DNA from: Eledone cirrhosa
Taxonomy: Eukaryota
Direction of reading: 5' to 3'
Length of the DNA: 64,000 nt
Assembly: GCA_964016885.1 (NCBI GenBank)
Contig: OZ024743.1
Location: forward strand, 150,908,001 to 150,972,000
In this document: in pieces, positions 50,186-63,344 of the stretch
How the letters are laid out: the number at the start of each line of letters is the position of its first letter
How positions within the stretch are numbered: position 1 is the stretch's first letter
Translations under genes and position numbers: made by a program
The notes under the pieces: model-generated
What the model was told of the DNA's origin: nothing
Databases searched by the model: none
What the model saw: the letters and a program-made list of their open reading frames with translations, nothing else

Positions 50186-51962
50186 CAACGTTTTTGCCAA
50201 CATCAAATGTAAATGTTAATATAAATTCAAATATCAAGTAATTTCCAATTGAATGAACTTCACTCTAATTGCTGTATCATAGCAGTAATTATTTCAAACA
50301 ACTTATACTTGAGCAAAGTTGAATAGCTGTATTTTAATTAAGGTATACTTGATGTAACACCATTTGAAAATATGAATTCACCTTCATAAGCACTGAATCT
50401 GTTGCTTTGGATTTTATTTAATCTCCTTCTTTTTCTTCTTCTCTATATCTCTCTCCACCCACCAACACAAATTATATTTCTGATATACCCATTGAAATAT
50501 TTATTCAGATATTTATAAAATGAAAAAAAATGTTTTTTTCCTGAATTATTTTAATAAATTAACAACTAACCTGAACATCCTGAATCCATATTATTTTCTT
50601 TTTCAAATTACAAAAATATGGAATAAACTCGACTAAAAAGGAACAGATTTACTTCATATCCCACTCGCATCAATTTAGACTAATATAATTTCTCTTCGTT
50701 TTATTTTTATCACTGAAGCTTGTAGAAATATGATTTCTATATCTTTTACACTTAGTCATACACTTTCTGTTTCAACAGAAATAAATAAAAATTCTTTAAA
50801 TTTTGTAAAATGGATTTTATAAAATTCCCAAATATTGCATCTGTGAAGACATTAACTCATATAATTCCTAATAAAAAGATTAGGTTACATTCTGTTCAGG
50901 GAGAAATTAAATGACCAGAAACATGGAATTAAAGTTTTATTAACAAAACATCAAATTATTAACATTATGAAGTTTTTCAATTTTAATACCAAATATATGA
51001 ATATTTTTTTAGAATAAATTAGAATAGGTATTTAACATCTTTTGGCCTGTCAAATAATATATTTTTAGATATGTAATTCCAAAGATTTTAATATACAAAT
51101 CTTCAATATTTTCTATTTTTACTTATTCCTTTCTCTGGAAAAAAGTATATATGCATTATTGGAGAAATATTAATTGTGAATCAATTTATAATAATTGGTA
51201 TCCAAAAAGAATACATTTTAAAAATTCATTTTTAAAGATATCACTTCTTGTTAGATTGTAAGCAGGAAATAAGGAATTAACAATATTAACATGAAGATAA
51301 TATTTGTAACTTCTATTTTTACAAGCAATCAAAACTGAAATATACTAAAGTAATTTTCAAACTACTGAGAGAATAGACATTTGCACTTTTTCCTTTTTAT
51401 TTTGCTTCTAATGCCTTCATATATTTTTCTACTTATATACATTTTTATGTAGTAAAATTTTATCTTATCTTGAGTATATTTCTTTATGTTACAAAAACAC
51501 ATTTGCTCTATATTCTTTGTTTTTTGTGAAATATATTTTAGATGAACTTTTTAAGATAAATCAGTAAGTGTAATGGAAAGATTGTCTTGTTTCCTAAAAA
51601 TGTTCACTTAAAGGAAACTTCTATATCTCATTTTATTATTTTAGAAAATATCTTCATTCTTTATCCATGTTTAAATTTCTTATGAATATTTGCATTACAT
51701 AAATATTATTTCCACAAACCCTACATTAGATGTTGAATACTTTTTCTTTAAAACAAAGAAAAAAAATAGTCTAAAATACAGAAATAAATATCTGATTCTG
51801 TATGTGTATTATAACATTAATGTTTCATTCAGGAGACAATATATCATCAATAAAATATCTAATTGAAAAAAAATTAAATCACTTTTAATAACTTCATAGA
51901 TTTAAAAATTCAAGTGAGTTAAAATATCACAGTATACAATAAAGTTTTAACATTATTCTAAG

Positions 51963-52002
51963 GAAGAAATACGCCCATACCCCGTGGATGATCTTCTGAG
52001 AA
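51963..52002 (+). CDS. Candidate 40-nt host micro-exon (EEIRPYPVDDLLR); product unknown
   Basis: Acceptor ttttaacattattctaAG and donor GAA|GTAAGA. One frame is open, and two CpGs are retained in CpG-poor DNA. No homology recognised. Confidence 0.3.
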
Positions 52003-52149
52003 GTAAGACTTAACAATTATGGAATGAATAAAATAGCATAAAGTAGGTTGATTTTCTTTAAAAATATTTTCACATGGGTGCCACTTTTTATTTTTTAACT
52101 GTTTAGTCAGCATGGAGTGAGGAAAATGTTCTCAAACTAGAGATATGGC

Positions 52150-52375
52150 CAGGTTTTAGTGTTAAACCAAGAAACTGAGTAAGCCCAAATAGCCCACAGC
52201 AGGATTTTAACTCAGAATGCAGAGTCAAAATAAACACCACAAAGCCTCACAGCCAGCACCTGAAGAATTCTACCAGACCATCTCCCTAGACTAGTACTTT
52301 ATTAACCTTGAAAAGCTGAAAGGTAAAGTTGTCTATGGCAGGATTTGAACTCAAAGCACAAAAGACCAGAACAAA
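52150..52375 (-). mobile_element. Two degenerate SINE fragments related to the young SINE
   Basis: GCAGGATTT(T/G)AACTCA occurs twice, plus CTAGTACTTTATT...CTGAAAGGTAAAGTTG. Confidence 0.55.
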
Positions 52376-53084
52376 TGACTATGAATTTGTCACCTTGAAA
52401 TCACTTCTAATACTCAGGTATCACACATCTATTTTGAAATAATGAAATTACAAGAATTCATCGTACTAATAAATAATCAATGTTGAATATTTCATATATG
52501 TGATATATAAACAAACAGTATTTCAATTTTTCTTTCCTTTACTCTCTTGGAATATAAATCAGCTTTGCAATAAATAAAAATAAAATTACTATAAGTCTGA
52601 TAAGTGATACCCACTCCTAAATAACGTAAAGAGTAGCATATAATGCAATGTGGCTTTATATGAAATATAATTCAATTTTATAAAATAAAATTTGAAAGAA
52701 AATTATAAAATAATCCCAATCACAAAAAATCACTTTTAGCAATAACACATTAGAGAAAAAGAAACAAACAAACAAACAAAAGAAATGATAGATAAATAAT
52801 TCATAAATATAAATATTGTTAAAAGGAAGTTAGTATATAGAGGACATTATGAAAAAATGTTGATGAACTTAGTCCACTTGCTTTAAACCGAGAAAAGTGG
52901 AGAAGCATAGTTGTGCTGTGTGACACACATACTCCCATATAAGAAGAAGAATGTGTAACTCAACAAAGCAAAATATGAAGTTTGTGACCTATGGTATTCA
53001 AACACCTGTCTCCAGGATATTTATTAGTCATGATGCCTGCATTACACTATTTTTCAGCTTATTAGGATTAGAAATTATTTTATC

Positions 53085-53330
53085 ATCTTAAAGGGTTTTT
53101 GTATATTTTTCTCTGGTATTAAACTTAGTATTTACTATCTGTCTAGCCCATCTTTTGGTGAATAGGAAGTTAATTTGATGTGTTTGTTCATCTGGTTTCA
53201 AATATCTGGTTAGTTTCCTAAAGTTAGTGCTGCAGATGGTTAGGTCATTTACATCATTTCTTGTGCTGTACCCATAGCCACCACTCATACCAGAGTAGCC
53301 ATAATATATTTCAGTTGCTGGACCTCAACA
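53085..53330 (-). mobile_element. LINE apurinic-like endonuclease fragment (RTE-like)
   Basis: ORF 53088..53288 GGYGYSTRN...KPDEQTHQINFLFTKRW resembles the APE pattern G.YG.G.RN...SPDG.T.NQID.I...RW. Confidence 0.6.
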
Positions 53331-53436
53331 AATGTCAATTGCAAAACACAATGAAATACTGCTTGAATATCACAATCCAGCTGTTATAAAGTCAAACATT
53401 CAAGACAGTGTGCAGAAATTTATTCAGTTGTTTGAC

Positions 53437-53575
53437 ATCATCATCATCATTTAACGTCCATTTTCCACACTAACATGTGTTGGACGGGTTTGTCCCACTT
53501 GAGGCAAGATTGGTCAGGTAACCATGTCTCATTTGTACAGAACTGTTTCTGGCAGGTTTTCACCAGCTGGATGCT
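53437..53575 (-). mobile_element. RTE-tailed SINE / RTE 3' end fragment
   Basis: Homolog of 7221-7372. Confidence 0.75.
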
Positions 53576-53666
53576 ATTATAAATCATTTTCCTTTAAAGA
53601 CTCAGTTGCATAAACACTTCATCTTAGTACACATTATGTTTCTAACTCATGTTTCTAACTTAAGAA

Positions 53667-53856
53667 TGGTGGATTGGCAGTATCGGTAGAGGGTCGGACG
53701 CCATGCTTTGACGCATAGAGTTACGGCCCTTGCCATTCTGAGTTCAAATCCCGCCGAGGTTAACTTTGCCTTTCATCCTTACGGGGTCGATAAAATAAAG
53801 TACCAGTAATACACTGGGATAATTACTGGCCTTGTGCCAAAAGTAGAAACAATTAT
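53667..53856 (+). mobile_element. Young SINE (subfamily B), full length, 18-bp TSD
   Basis: A box at 53675-53686 and B box at 53742-53750. TSD ATTATGTTTCTAACTCAT at 53633-53650 and 53852-53869. Confidence 0.93.
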
Positions 53857-56800
53857 GTTTCTAACTCATTTTCTTTCATTCTATTTCACCCAGTCCTGAA
53901 CACCTACTCAATAAATTTTCTCCAGATTTCATCAATTTAAGTATCATTGGCTTAGATATCAACCTGGAAATGTTTAAACTGTACATCAACTACATCAACT
54001 ACACCAACCCCACAAATTCTAAATATCATGGGTTCTATCCCTACTTGTCTCTGAATACATTAACAACCTACACCCATTTATCTCTAACACATGCTCATAG
54101 CATGTGATTATAAATAGTTAAAAAATGTTAAAAATTGGTTTGCCACAAAGAAATTCATCATTGTGCTTACATTCATTTTTCCATGTTATACAGATCTTCT
54201 CCAGCACAACTTTCCCTTATTTGATGTGATCTACCTATCTATTTAGCACCATCAGAAAACATCACACCTCATAAAAGGGTTTTGCCGGAAATATTAAACT
54301 GTTCCTCTCCTTTGCAGCAAATCAATTCATTATACCATTGGATTGTTTAAACTACAACAGTTATTCTGATGTTAACCTCTGAGTCATCAGTTATGAGACA
54401 TTCTTAAATGGCTGTATTTTTTAATTCAGTAAATAGTATCTCTATCTAAACTAAGGCTTTAAATGTCATATCCACAATGTCTAAGTTACTTCCTCATCAT
54501 TGCTTCTTTAATTACTTTATTTGCCTATATTTTATTAACCTATAAGATTAGTCATCCTGTCACTATCACAAGGAATACACTCATCTCTTGCTGCCAGTTA
54601 CAGTAGGACTTTCAGAAACATTTCTTTTCATAAATCTATTTCTTCATTTTATCTAAACTTAATACATATAACTATGATGTCCTAAAACTCCATTAAAAAT
54701 TGAGTTTCATTCATCCACATGTCTGAAATTGTAAAAACAAACTGTAATATTTACATTTCTTTCTTTCAGATCTATGCCCATATTAAAAAGCAGAATTAAA
54801 GTTTAATTCTGAATTCCATTTTACAATTTATGCAAAAACTGAACACATACAAAAATATAAAGTGTATAACAACTTTAGTTATATCATAAAACAGTTAATA
54901 TCACTTTGAAATGTGTTTAAATAATGATATCCATTTATTTTTTATTTTTTGTGGGTAGGTTTGAAATTTGTTTAATTTCAGTTTTACCTTATACTTTGGA
55001 AATTCTCTGTAAATGAATTACTGTAAAATCAACTATATCTTCAATAGGAATACTTGTTATTGTACACAATCTATCAATAATCTGAAATAAAACACAAAAT
55101 AATAAACAATCAAAATAGTTTCTGAAAATTTGAATTGTTAATTAATATATGTTATATGATACATTATATTTCTAAACTGCTTTGACTGTTGCAGAGATTA
55201 GAATATTAAAATATTTCGCATAGTTATTTAGCTAATATGTATGTAAAGGAAGTTTCTCAAAATAAATCTCATCAGACAAAATTCATAACACCTACCTTGT
55301 TCAAAATGTTGACTATCAATAATAATATTAGAAAATAATGTTGAAAAGAAAAATCTTATCATATCTTGTATATGTTAATAACAAGTTCACAAGAAGTAAA
55401 AAAAAACAACAACATGTAACAAAATATATATGGATACTAAACACCTTTTTTTATTTAACAACTGAAACCTTCATAGAAATGATTACCTTTCAGCAGTTTT
55501 TCAATTTTAATAGAACATTTCAATATCTTATTTTCAGAGCATGAAAAACTTCAAAGATTAATGAAATTCCTGTTTCAGTATGAGAATGTAACCTTTTATT
55601 TTGTAATGATATCTTGAGGCAAAATATTAACAAGAAATGAGCCTTTGTCAAATTTCAGAATTTCTTCTTTTCTTTTTTATTAATTTGAAAAATGGTAATT
55701 TTTTTATAAAATGGTAGGTATTAAATTTCATGTATTTTAGGAAATACAATTATTACTTTATTGATATATGTAGGAATATATTAAAAGCAACAATGTTCTT
55801 TATTCAAATAAATTCTATTTGTTGGGTTATATAGATAAAAGTCTATTAGAAAAAGGAAATTTAACTAAATTTCACATAAATTACAAAGTATTGAATTGTT
55901 GGTGATGTGGGAAAGCAACATGTTTCATCTATTTAAAGATAAAATATTTAGAAAATCACTTGTTCCTAAAGTTTGGTTTTTAAATTCAAAATATGAAAAA
56001 AGCAAACCTGGTGACTTTTAAGATCCATAGTGTACCAAGTGATGCATTTGGAAGTATTTTATTGTGAGCATCAACAGAAAGACTGAAGGCAACTTAGTTT
56101 GAGAAACAGGTTATACATAAAAAAATATTAGCTACTGTATAAAGGGGACAAGACTACAATGATTTAGATATGTAATGTGAATAGATGATGCATACTACTG
56201 TAAAAGTGTGATACCTAATGTTGCATAGTGCCTTCTGTAACAGAGAGAAATTATGATGAAACTGTTAAATTTAACGCTAGAACATTGGCTTACATAAAGA
56301 GAATGAGAGGATTGAAATGTATAGTGAGATTTTGTACTCTAGACTTATGCACGCATGGAAAAATAGATGCTAAAAATCTGCAACAATCAGTAACAAAAAT
56401 GAGAGCCTTATGTCTGCTTTACAATGTCTGGAAAATAATTTGTTTCAGTCAAAACATTTCAAAAGTATTGGGTATATACATTAGAAAATATCTAAAGAAA
56501 GCTTTGGTAGAAATGTATTGAAAACATAACTAAAATGTACAATTGTAAAGATATAAACTTTATTTTGTATATATTTCTATTTTGTTTATATTACTATACC
56601 CATCAAAGGTAGAATAAATCTTCTATTTAACTCCATTCCTTAGAGTACTTAAAGAATATTTTACAGAAGACTGAAAAAGTAGTTTAAATATTAGGAAAAT
56701 CTATTACTGAAAATGTCAGCTGTAGGCAGATGCTTTGACTAAACGTCTTTCATGAATATTTTCCTATCAGAAACAGAAAGAATTTACCAAAAGATCAGTA

Positions 56801-57324
56801 AATCCCATTCTGTAAGTTACATTACTAAAGCTTCTTTTCCTTGCACCCCTAACAAGTGTTAGTAGTAAATATACCAAAGGCTAATTTAGATCGAATAATT
56901 AAATGATATCTTTGTTTTCAGTTTGTTTAGTGTTGTAGTTGATGACTCAGGATAGTAAATATTGGCAACTTCTTTTAACATAAAATACTTTTAATGTTAT
57001 GTTCAGTGTTAGAATAATATAATTGCATTGCTCTCCTTCATCCTTTCTTTCTCTCTCTCATTCACACACACACATAAATGTATATAAAAGGACATTTCAA
57101 ATTCTAAATAATTGAATTCAAATCATTAAAATTCACTCATATGTCTAGGAGATATTTGTGGAAATTTACTACTGCATATTTGTGAGAAATGACTACTGCA
57201 ACTGCTAATACTGCTTATCAATCATATATACTGAGGGGAGTGATCATGCAAAATAACTGTTACTAATACTATTGTTCCTGCAAGACACTAAAAATATATC
57301 AACCCTTTTCCTGCATCTTTTGTT

Positions 57325-58075
57325 TTTGTAATGATCCATAACTGCAGTGCACCTTGTCACCTCCACACAGATCATCTCATTGAACTTGACGCCACCATCC
57401 AACATTGTGCAGAACTCATCTGCAATGTCAATTTCAACAGTGCCAGCTGACAACAGCCGAAGCTCCCAGCGAGGTTTGGTGGCCTCAGCCTCCAATCCAC
57501 TTCAGATCTGGTACTACTGGCCTACCTTTCCTCAATCTGCCCGTCGCACTCTCATTGGTAAAGTCCTCAGCAAGACAGCCAAACCTGATGTGGCCCCAGA
57601 CCTCGAGCAGGCTCTTGCTGACTGGACAAGCAAAGGCCTCTCTATCCTTCAGTATACAAATGTCCAGTGTAACTGGGACGACATCAAATGTAGGTCTTCC
57701 TTCAGGCAGATTAAGTCTGGCTTGGACCAACACCACCTTGTCTGACTCCACTCCACTTCACAGCCAAATAGCGGCGCATGGTTCAATTTGGTGCCCTCTT
57801 CATTAACCGGTACCCTTCTTAATGACAAGTGCACTCGCAGAGTGACTTAACACCTCGGCCTCCACATGTGTGAGCCACATAAATGCTATTGTGGGGCTGT
57901 TGTTGACAAGTCTTGCCTGCATCCATTGCTAGAGTGCAGGCCGGTTCCCCCAACATGCTGCTCTCAATGACGTATTGAAAAGGAGCCTGGATACAGCTGG
58001 CTTCCCATCACAACTAGAGCCACCAGGCCTCAATAACAGAGACAGCAAACACCCTGATGGGTTTACTCTCTCCCC
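57325..58075 (+). mobile_element. CRE-clade (RLE) non-LTR retrotransposon fragment
   Basis: Across frameshifts: QPKLPARFGGLSL..SDL...[61 protein letters not shown]...KHPDG. Confidence 0.85.
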
Positions 58076-58696
58076 TACCCCTCCTTTTCTTCTGTGGCCC
58101 AACTTTACTGCTTATAATTTAATACAGGCATGAACACCACACAGTCACATATCAACACCTTTCTTAGTTATGTAAAATTCTGCACCTTTTTTAGTAACCT
58201 TTCCTCTGTTACTACAAAGTAAATGCTTGAGATATAAGTTAGTATTTTTCAGATACATGAATATTGCTTGTATTTGTACAGTATTTTCAATCATGGCAAG
58301 ATCTATTAACAGTAATACATTTTTTTACTGGTATCAGCCATTGGATTGTGGCCATGCATGGGTACCACCTTCAAGGGTTAGATAGATCATATCAATCCCA
58401 AAATTTATTTCAATCTGGTACTTATTTTATTGATCTGTATTTGTTTAAGACATTGACTCAGGCTGATACACATTTACGCATATGCACACACACACACATA
58501 ATATGTGATAGGCTTCTGTATGTCTCTGGCCATGAACCTTGCATTTCATCTCCTCATATATTGTGACACCAGCATGGGGCAGGTATGTGTGGCACCTGTT
58601 TTCTCACCACATCCTCAGTCTTAAAGCTTAAAGACAAGTTATCTATTTCCACATACCCATACCATTGTTTAGTCAATGAAGCAGACATTAGCAAGA

Positions 58697-58838
58697 AAGA
58701 AGAAGAAGAAGAAGAAGAAGAAGAAGAAGAAGAAGAAGAAGAAGAAGAAGAAGAAGAAGAAGAAGAAGAAGAAGAAGAAGAAGAAGAAGAAGAAGAAGAA
58801 GAAGAAGAAGAAGAAGAAGAAGAAGAAGAAGAAGAAGA
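58697..58838. repeat. Pure (GAA)n microsatellite, ~47 units
   Basis: Read directly. Confidence 0.97.
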
Positions 58839-59586
58839 CTTTTGTTCTTTGACTTTGTATGCAATGAGCACTAACAAATAAAATTATTATTTTTTCATAT
58901 AATCAGGTTTTAGATAAAATAAAATATTCCTATGGCATAAATCATTTGTGCTTTATAAAACTTTTATGCGTGTTTTAAATTTTAGGAAAAAAATATTTAG
59001 CATTTCCACTTTATTAAGAGTAACATATATTTGGGTCCAAACCTATTATTTCTTTAAGAAGGCATTTATAAAAAGTATGTTGAAATCAAAGTCATGAGTA
59101 TAGAGATATAATGCAAATATTCTTACTGAAAATATATAATAAAGTTTTGGGGGTTTTTTTGGTGGGGGTTTTATAAATTGCTTCAGAAATCAAAATATGC
59201 AGTTGTTATCAAACTGCTGATATTATGATGAATTGCAATATATTTTCCTATTGATATTAATGTAACAAACAAGCAATTTTGTAATTTCTGAAATTCATGC
59301 ATTTCTTTCTGGTTATTGGGGTGGGTAGGATGTGTAGCTGAATTAATAGAATTCTAGACCAAATGTCTTACACAGTTTAATATTGTCACCTCATGCTCCA
59401 AGTTCAAATCTTGAAAAGTTTCAATTTTTTCCTGAATTGACAATAAATACCAGCAATATACTTGGGTACTTTTCAATCAAATGTACCAGTTCTTGACACA
59501 TTTGTGGTTTTGTGCCATTGTAAAAATCAATATTTTTAACATGAGAAATACTATTCCTATGAAATGTGGTAAAAATATAATCTAAT

Positions 59587-60525
59587 TCATCATCATCAAC
59601 ACCATCATCATTTTAACGTTTGCTTTTCATGCTAGCAGAGCTACTGATCTCCCAGAGAGGCGAGGGATCTGCATCTCACTTATGTATGGTCTCAAACTCT
59701 ATCAAGTGCAGAGGAACGGTTGACATGTCTTTGACACAACTGAGGGTCCTCCCAACCCATTTATTTAGCAAGCTTTCTACAGCTGGGCACTCTTCTTATC
59801 ATCAACCACTTTACAGCGTGTACTGGGTATATTTATCGAGTAGGTTACTAACACCAGGGAGGCTGTCATGTCCTTAACATGACTGAAGAGTCCTCCGATC
59901 CCTTTTTTTTAGCAGGCGTTCTACAGCTGGATGCCTTTCCTATCACCAACCAATTTACAGCATTAACTGGATGTGTTTCTTGTGTAGATCACCAACACTA
60001 GAGAGGTTGCCATATTGTGACAAGACTGAAGGATCCTCTCAACCCCATCCTTTTTTTCCTCTCTCTCGTGGAAATGAGAACACTCAGTACCAGAAACAGG
60101 AGGTGTAGTGATGGAGAGAATAGTTAAGGAGTGATAATGGAGGGAGAATGGGTGGGGTTCTGGGAAGAGCTACTTGGGAGCAAACGTCAGGGTATCTGGG
60201 GGTTTAAGGAGGAAGGGAAGACAGCAACTAAGGGATGAATACAAGAGGGAACATGTAGTGATGGTGAATATAGCTGCTAGGGAGTGCTAGTGGAGGAGAC
60301 ATGGGTGGGATGCATAGAGTGAGGAGAATGGCTACTAGAGTATGATAGTGAGGGAGTTAGTTTTTTTTTTAAGGGGCAGCAGCTAAGAGTGAGTGCTTGG
60401 GGAAGGGCATGTGGTGAGGGTGGTGTAGTGATGTTGAGAATAGCTGTTAGTAAGTGAGAGTAGAAGGGGGTTCATGAGGATAAGTCAGGCCACATTGTAT
60501 GCTGTACACCAGGTCTTCTTCATGG
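59587..60525 (-). mobile_element. Long 3' UTR of an RTE family A variant ending in the RTE/SINE tail
   Basis: 60420-60522 aligns with 19190-19286 (ORF end and UTR start). It has internal GTAGTGATG..GAGAATAG repeats and a (TCA)n tail at 59587. Confidence 0.65.
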
Positions 60526-62595
60526 AAATAAAACCACCTAAAGAGAATGTAACAGAATGTAACTATATAATAAATATACCCATATTTATTTTCAAACTAA
60601 AAGTTTTTTGAAAACATAACTACAATGTTAAAAACGTCAACTTAAATTTTACTAATGAAATATCTCATTTTAAATTCGCTTACAATTAATTCATAGATAA
60701 TGAAATAGAATAATAAAATAATACTAACATAAAAGAATAGTATTTATTTCGAAAACATCTGAAAATATTTTGAATTATATTATATTAACAAATATTAACA
60801 TCTTTTTTAGTAATAGATAATAAAATAAATGAACATGTTACAAATATGCTACATTATCAGCTGTATTCTATAAAATAAACAAAAATAATCACAAATAACA
60901 ACCTGAATGAATTTCTTAAATGTGAGCAAACCAAAATAGTAGAAAAGTATTACTATAACAAGAGAAAGTGTATTCACTTCTATATTTCAGTCACTTATCA
61001 TTTATGCTCTCAAACAACTTTTTTATATGTATAATTTTTATTTTCAATAGCTCTTATTGTTTTATAGAAAATGATTGTTCATTCTGGGTGCTAAGAATAG
61101 CTTTTGTCATGAAAAGCATGACTGTACTGATTTCAGTAGTTTTACAACAGCCTTCATGGGAACAATAAAGCTATTTGACAAATGAAAAATTCAACAGTGA
61201 ACAATTCAAAAGCTTGTTTATGATTATTTCCCTCATAATATAATGGCTTCATTATTCAATTTATCTTGTGCTTTATTCCAGAAAGTTGTATTATCCTTAA
61301 AATATAACTCTTTAATAAAAACTAGATAACTGACAGAAACTGTATAAGAAACTCCAAAATATCAAAAGAGATTCTGGCCCTGAAGTGGTATCTCCTAGCT
61401 TTTAGGTTGCATCCTTTCTAGTGTTAAGAATTTAGTTACATCAAATATTTTTTTTTTAAAGATTGCCAAGCTGCCTTAATCAATTTGCAATTAAAGATCA
61501 CAAGATATTTACATATTTGGTTAGAAGTAAAATAAGTAATAAATTATAAGTAATATCCATGTATTTACAAATATTCAAACAGAAATATGTCTTCAAATTA
61601 CTTTTATTAATCAGAATATTTTTTTTCATACATTTCTTTTCTATATGAAAACTAAACTTATCAAATTCAAGGTTTCATAATGCTTCTTGTTTAATTACAA
61701 TAAAATGTCAAATTGAAGCCCATGTTTTTTGTTATTTCATTTTCTAAGTCCATTTTATATATTCTAATTGTTTGAATAATAGATATGAAAATAAATTACC
61801 TTTTCATTTTCATACATTTTGATTCATTTATTCATCTTTAAACTCATACTACAACAAAAGAAATACATCCTTTTACAAGCCACAAGGCTCATAAACTCAG
61901 TACTTAGTATTAAGTAGATGAGACAAAATTAGATAAGATGCTATTCTGCAGTAGATAACTTTTACAATGGCAATCTGAGAGAAATCGTTGCTATTTCAAT
62001 CAAATTATAATTAATAGAATCTAAATCATTACATTTTCTTTTAAAATGTTATTGTTATTGGACTTGTATAAGTTGAAAGAACTGAAGCTGTTGCTACTAT
62101 TTCTACTACTGCTGCTACTATTACTACTACTCTGGAACTATATTTTTCTCCATTTACTAAAGTTTACTTTCCTTTTTCTCTCATGATAAGGCAGTATCTG
62201 CTTCAATTTGCTCTATACTAATACTGAATTTCTTAGCTATATTGTTATATCATCATATGATATAAGAAATGATTTGGTGCAGGCCAGAGAGTATGTTTGA
62301 TGCAAATTTCCAAACTGTCTGCTGTTCTTTTTTAGCTCTTATAGTTTTTGAAATGAGACCAATTATTTTTTATAATCATATTTGAAATATTTTTTGTCTT
62401 TCAGAGTATTTGTTTAATTCATTGCCATTTAATCAGCATACCTCATGAATATAAAAACCAACCAGACTTTGTGTAGCATATCACAACTAAAATACAATGA
62501 TTTTCTATCATAATTAATCTTATTGTTATGCCAAATATACTTTGGTTGTCGTACAGATGACCAAGATAAGCATTAGGTACCACATCAAATTTGCA

Positions 62596-63212
62596 TTGGA
62601 TATTCAGAGAGAGAGACTGAGCATAAGAGGAATCAAATGCTGTTTGCAGGAGAGGTGGTTGTGTTGGTATGGACATGTGATGCATATGAAGGATGACAGC
62701 TGCATAAAAAGGTGCAGAGCACTAGAAGTCGATGGAAACTGCAGAGTGGGGAGACCCAAGAAGACCTGGGATGAGGTGATAAAAGCCGATCTTACCCAAT
62801 TACACCTCTCAAAGGCGATGGCACACAACTGTGACCTCTGGCATCACGCAGTAATACAGAAGACCATACCCCAATGGGTACAAGCCAAAGCTGAAGCATA
62901 TAGACAATATGCCTCCACACCCTCCCACTGCAAAGTGGTCGTGGAGTTGCCACAGCAAAAAAGCACCCAGCCCACACTGTAAAGTGGACATGTAGGCGAC
63001 ACGGAAAAAAAGCACCCAGCACTCACTGTAAATGAAGTTGGTATTAGTAAGGGCATCCAGCTGTAGAAATCCAGCTGTAGAAATCAAGCCAGAATCAGTT
63101 CCCGTATGAGCAAGACAAGGGCAACCGACCGGACACTGCCCATAACAGGACAACCCGTCTAACCCATGCTAGCATGGAAGAACGGACGTAAAACGGTGAT
63201 GATGATGATGAT
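62596..63212 (+). mobile_element. RTE family A 3' end with complete tail
   Basis: ORF 62542..62982 reads IRGIKCCLQERWLCWYGHVM...GRPKKTW. It ends ACCCATGCTAGCATGGAAGAACGGACGTAAAACGG then (TGA)n. Confidence 0.92.
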
Positions 63213-63344
63213 TCAAGTGAATTAAAGGATTGGTTGAATAAAAATAGAAGTTCAATAATTTTTCCATATCCATAATATAGAGAAAAAGAAATCATCATAG
63301 CGACAGCTATTTTCATAGTATTAATATAATTGTTTTTTAAAAAA

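Noticed and set aside
50571-50766. Possible minus-strand exon ending ATGGATTCAGGATGTTCAG|GTTAGT
   Set aside because: The splice-like signals are plausible, but it has only 6 codons and no homology, so it cannot be supported.
53667-53760. A/B-box sequence considered as a tRNA gene
   Set aside because: No cloverleaf forms. It is the head of a multicopy SINE with TSDs.
55245-55280. Minus-strand CTGATGA-N12-GAAA
   Set aside because: There is no stem II or flanking helix; a chance match in AT-rich DNA.
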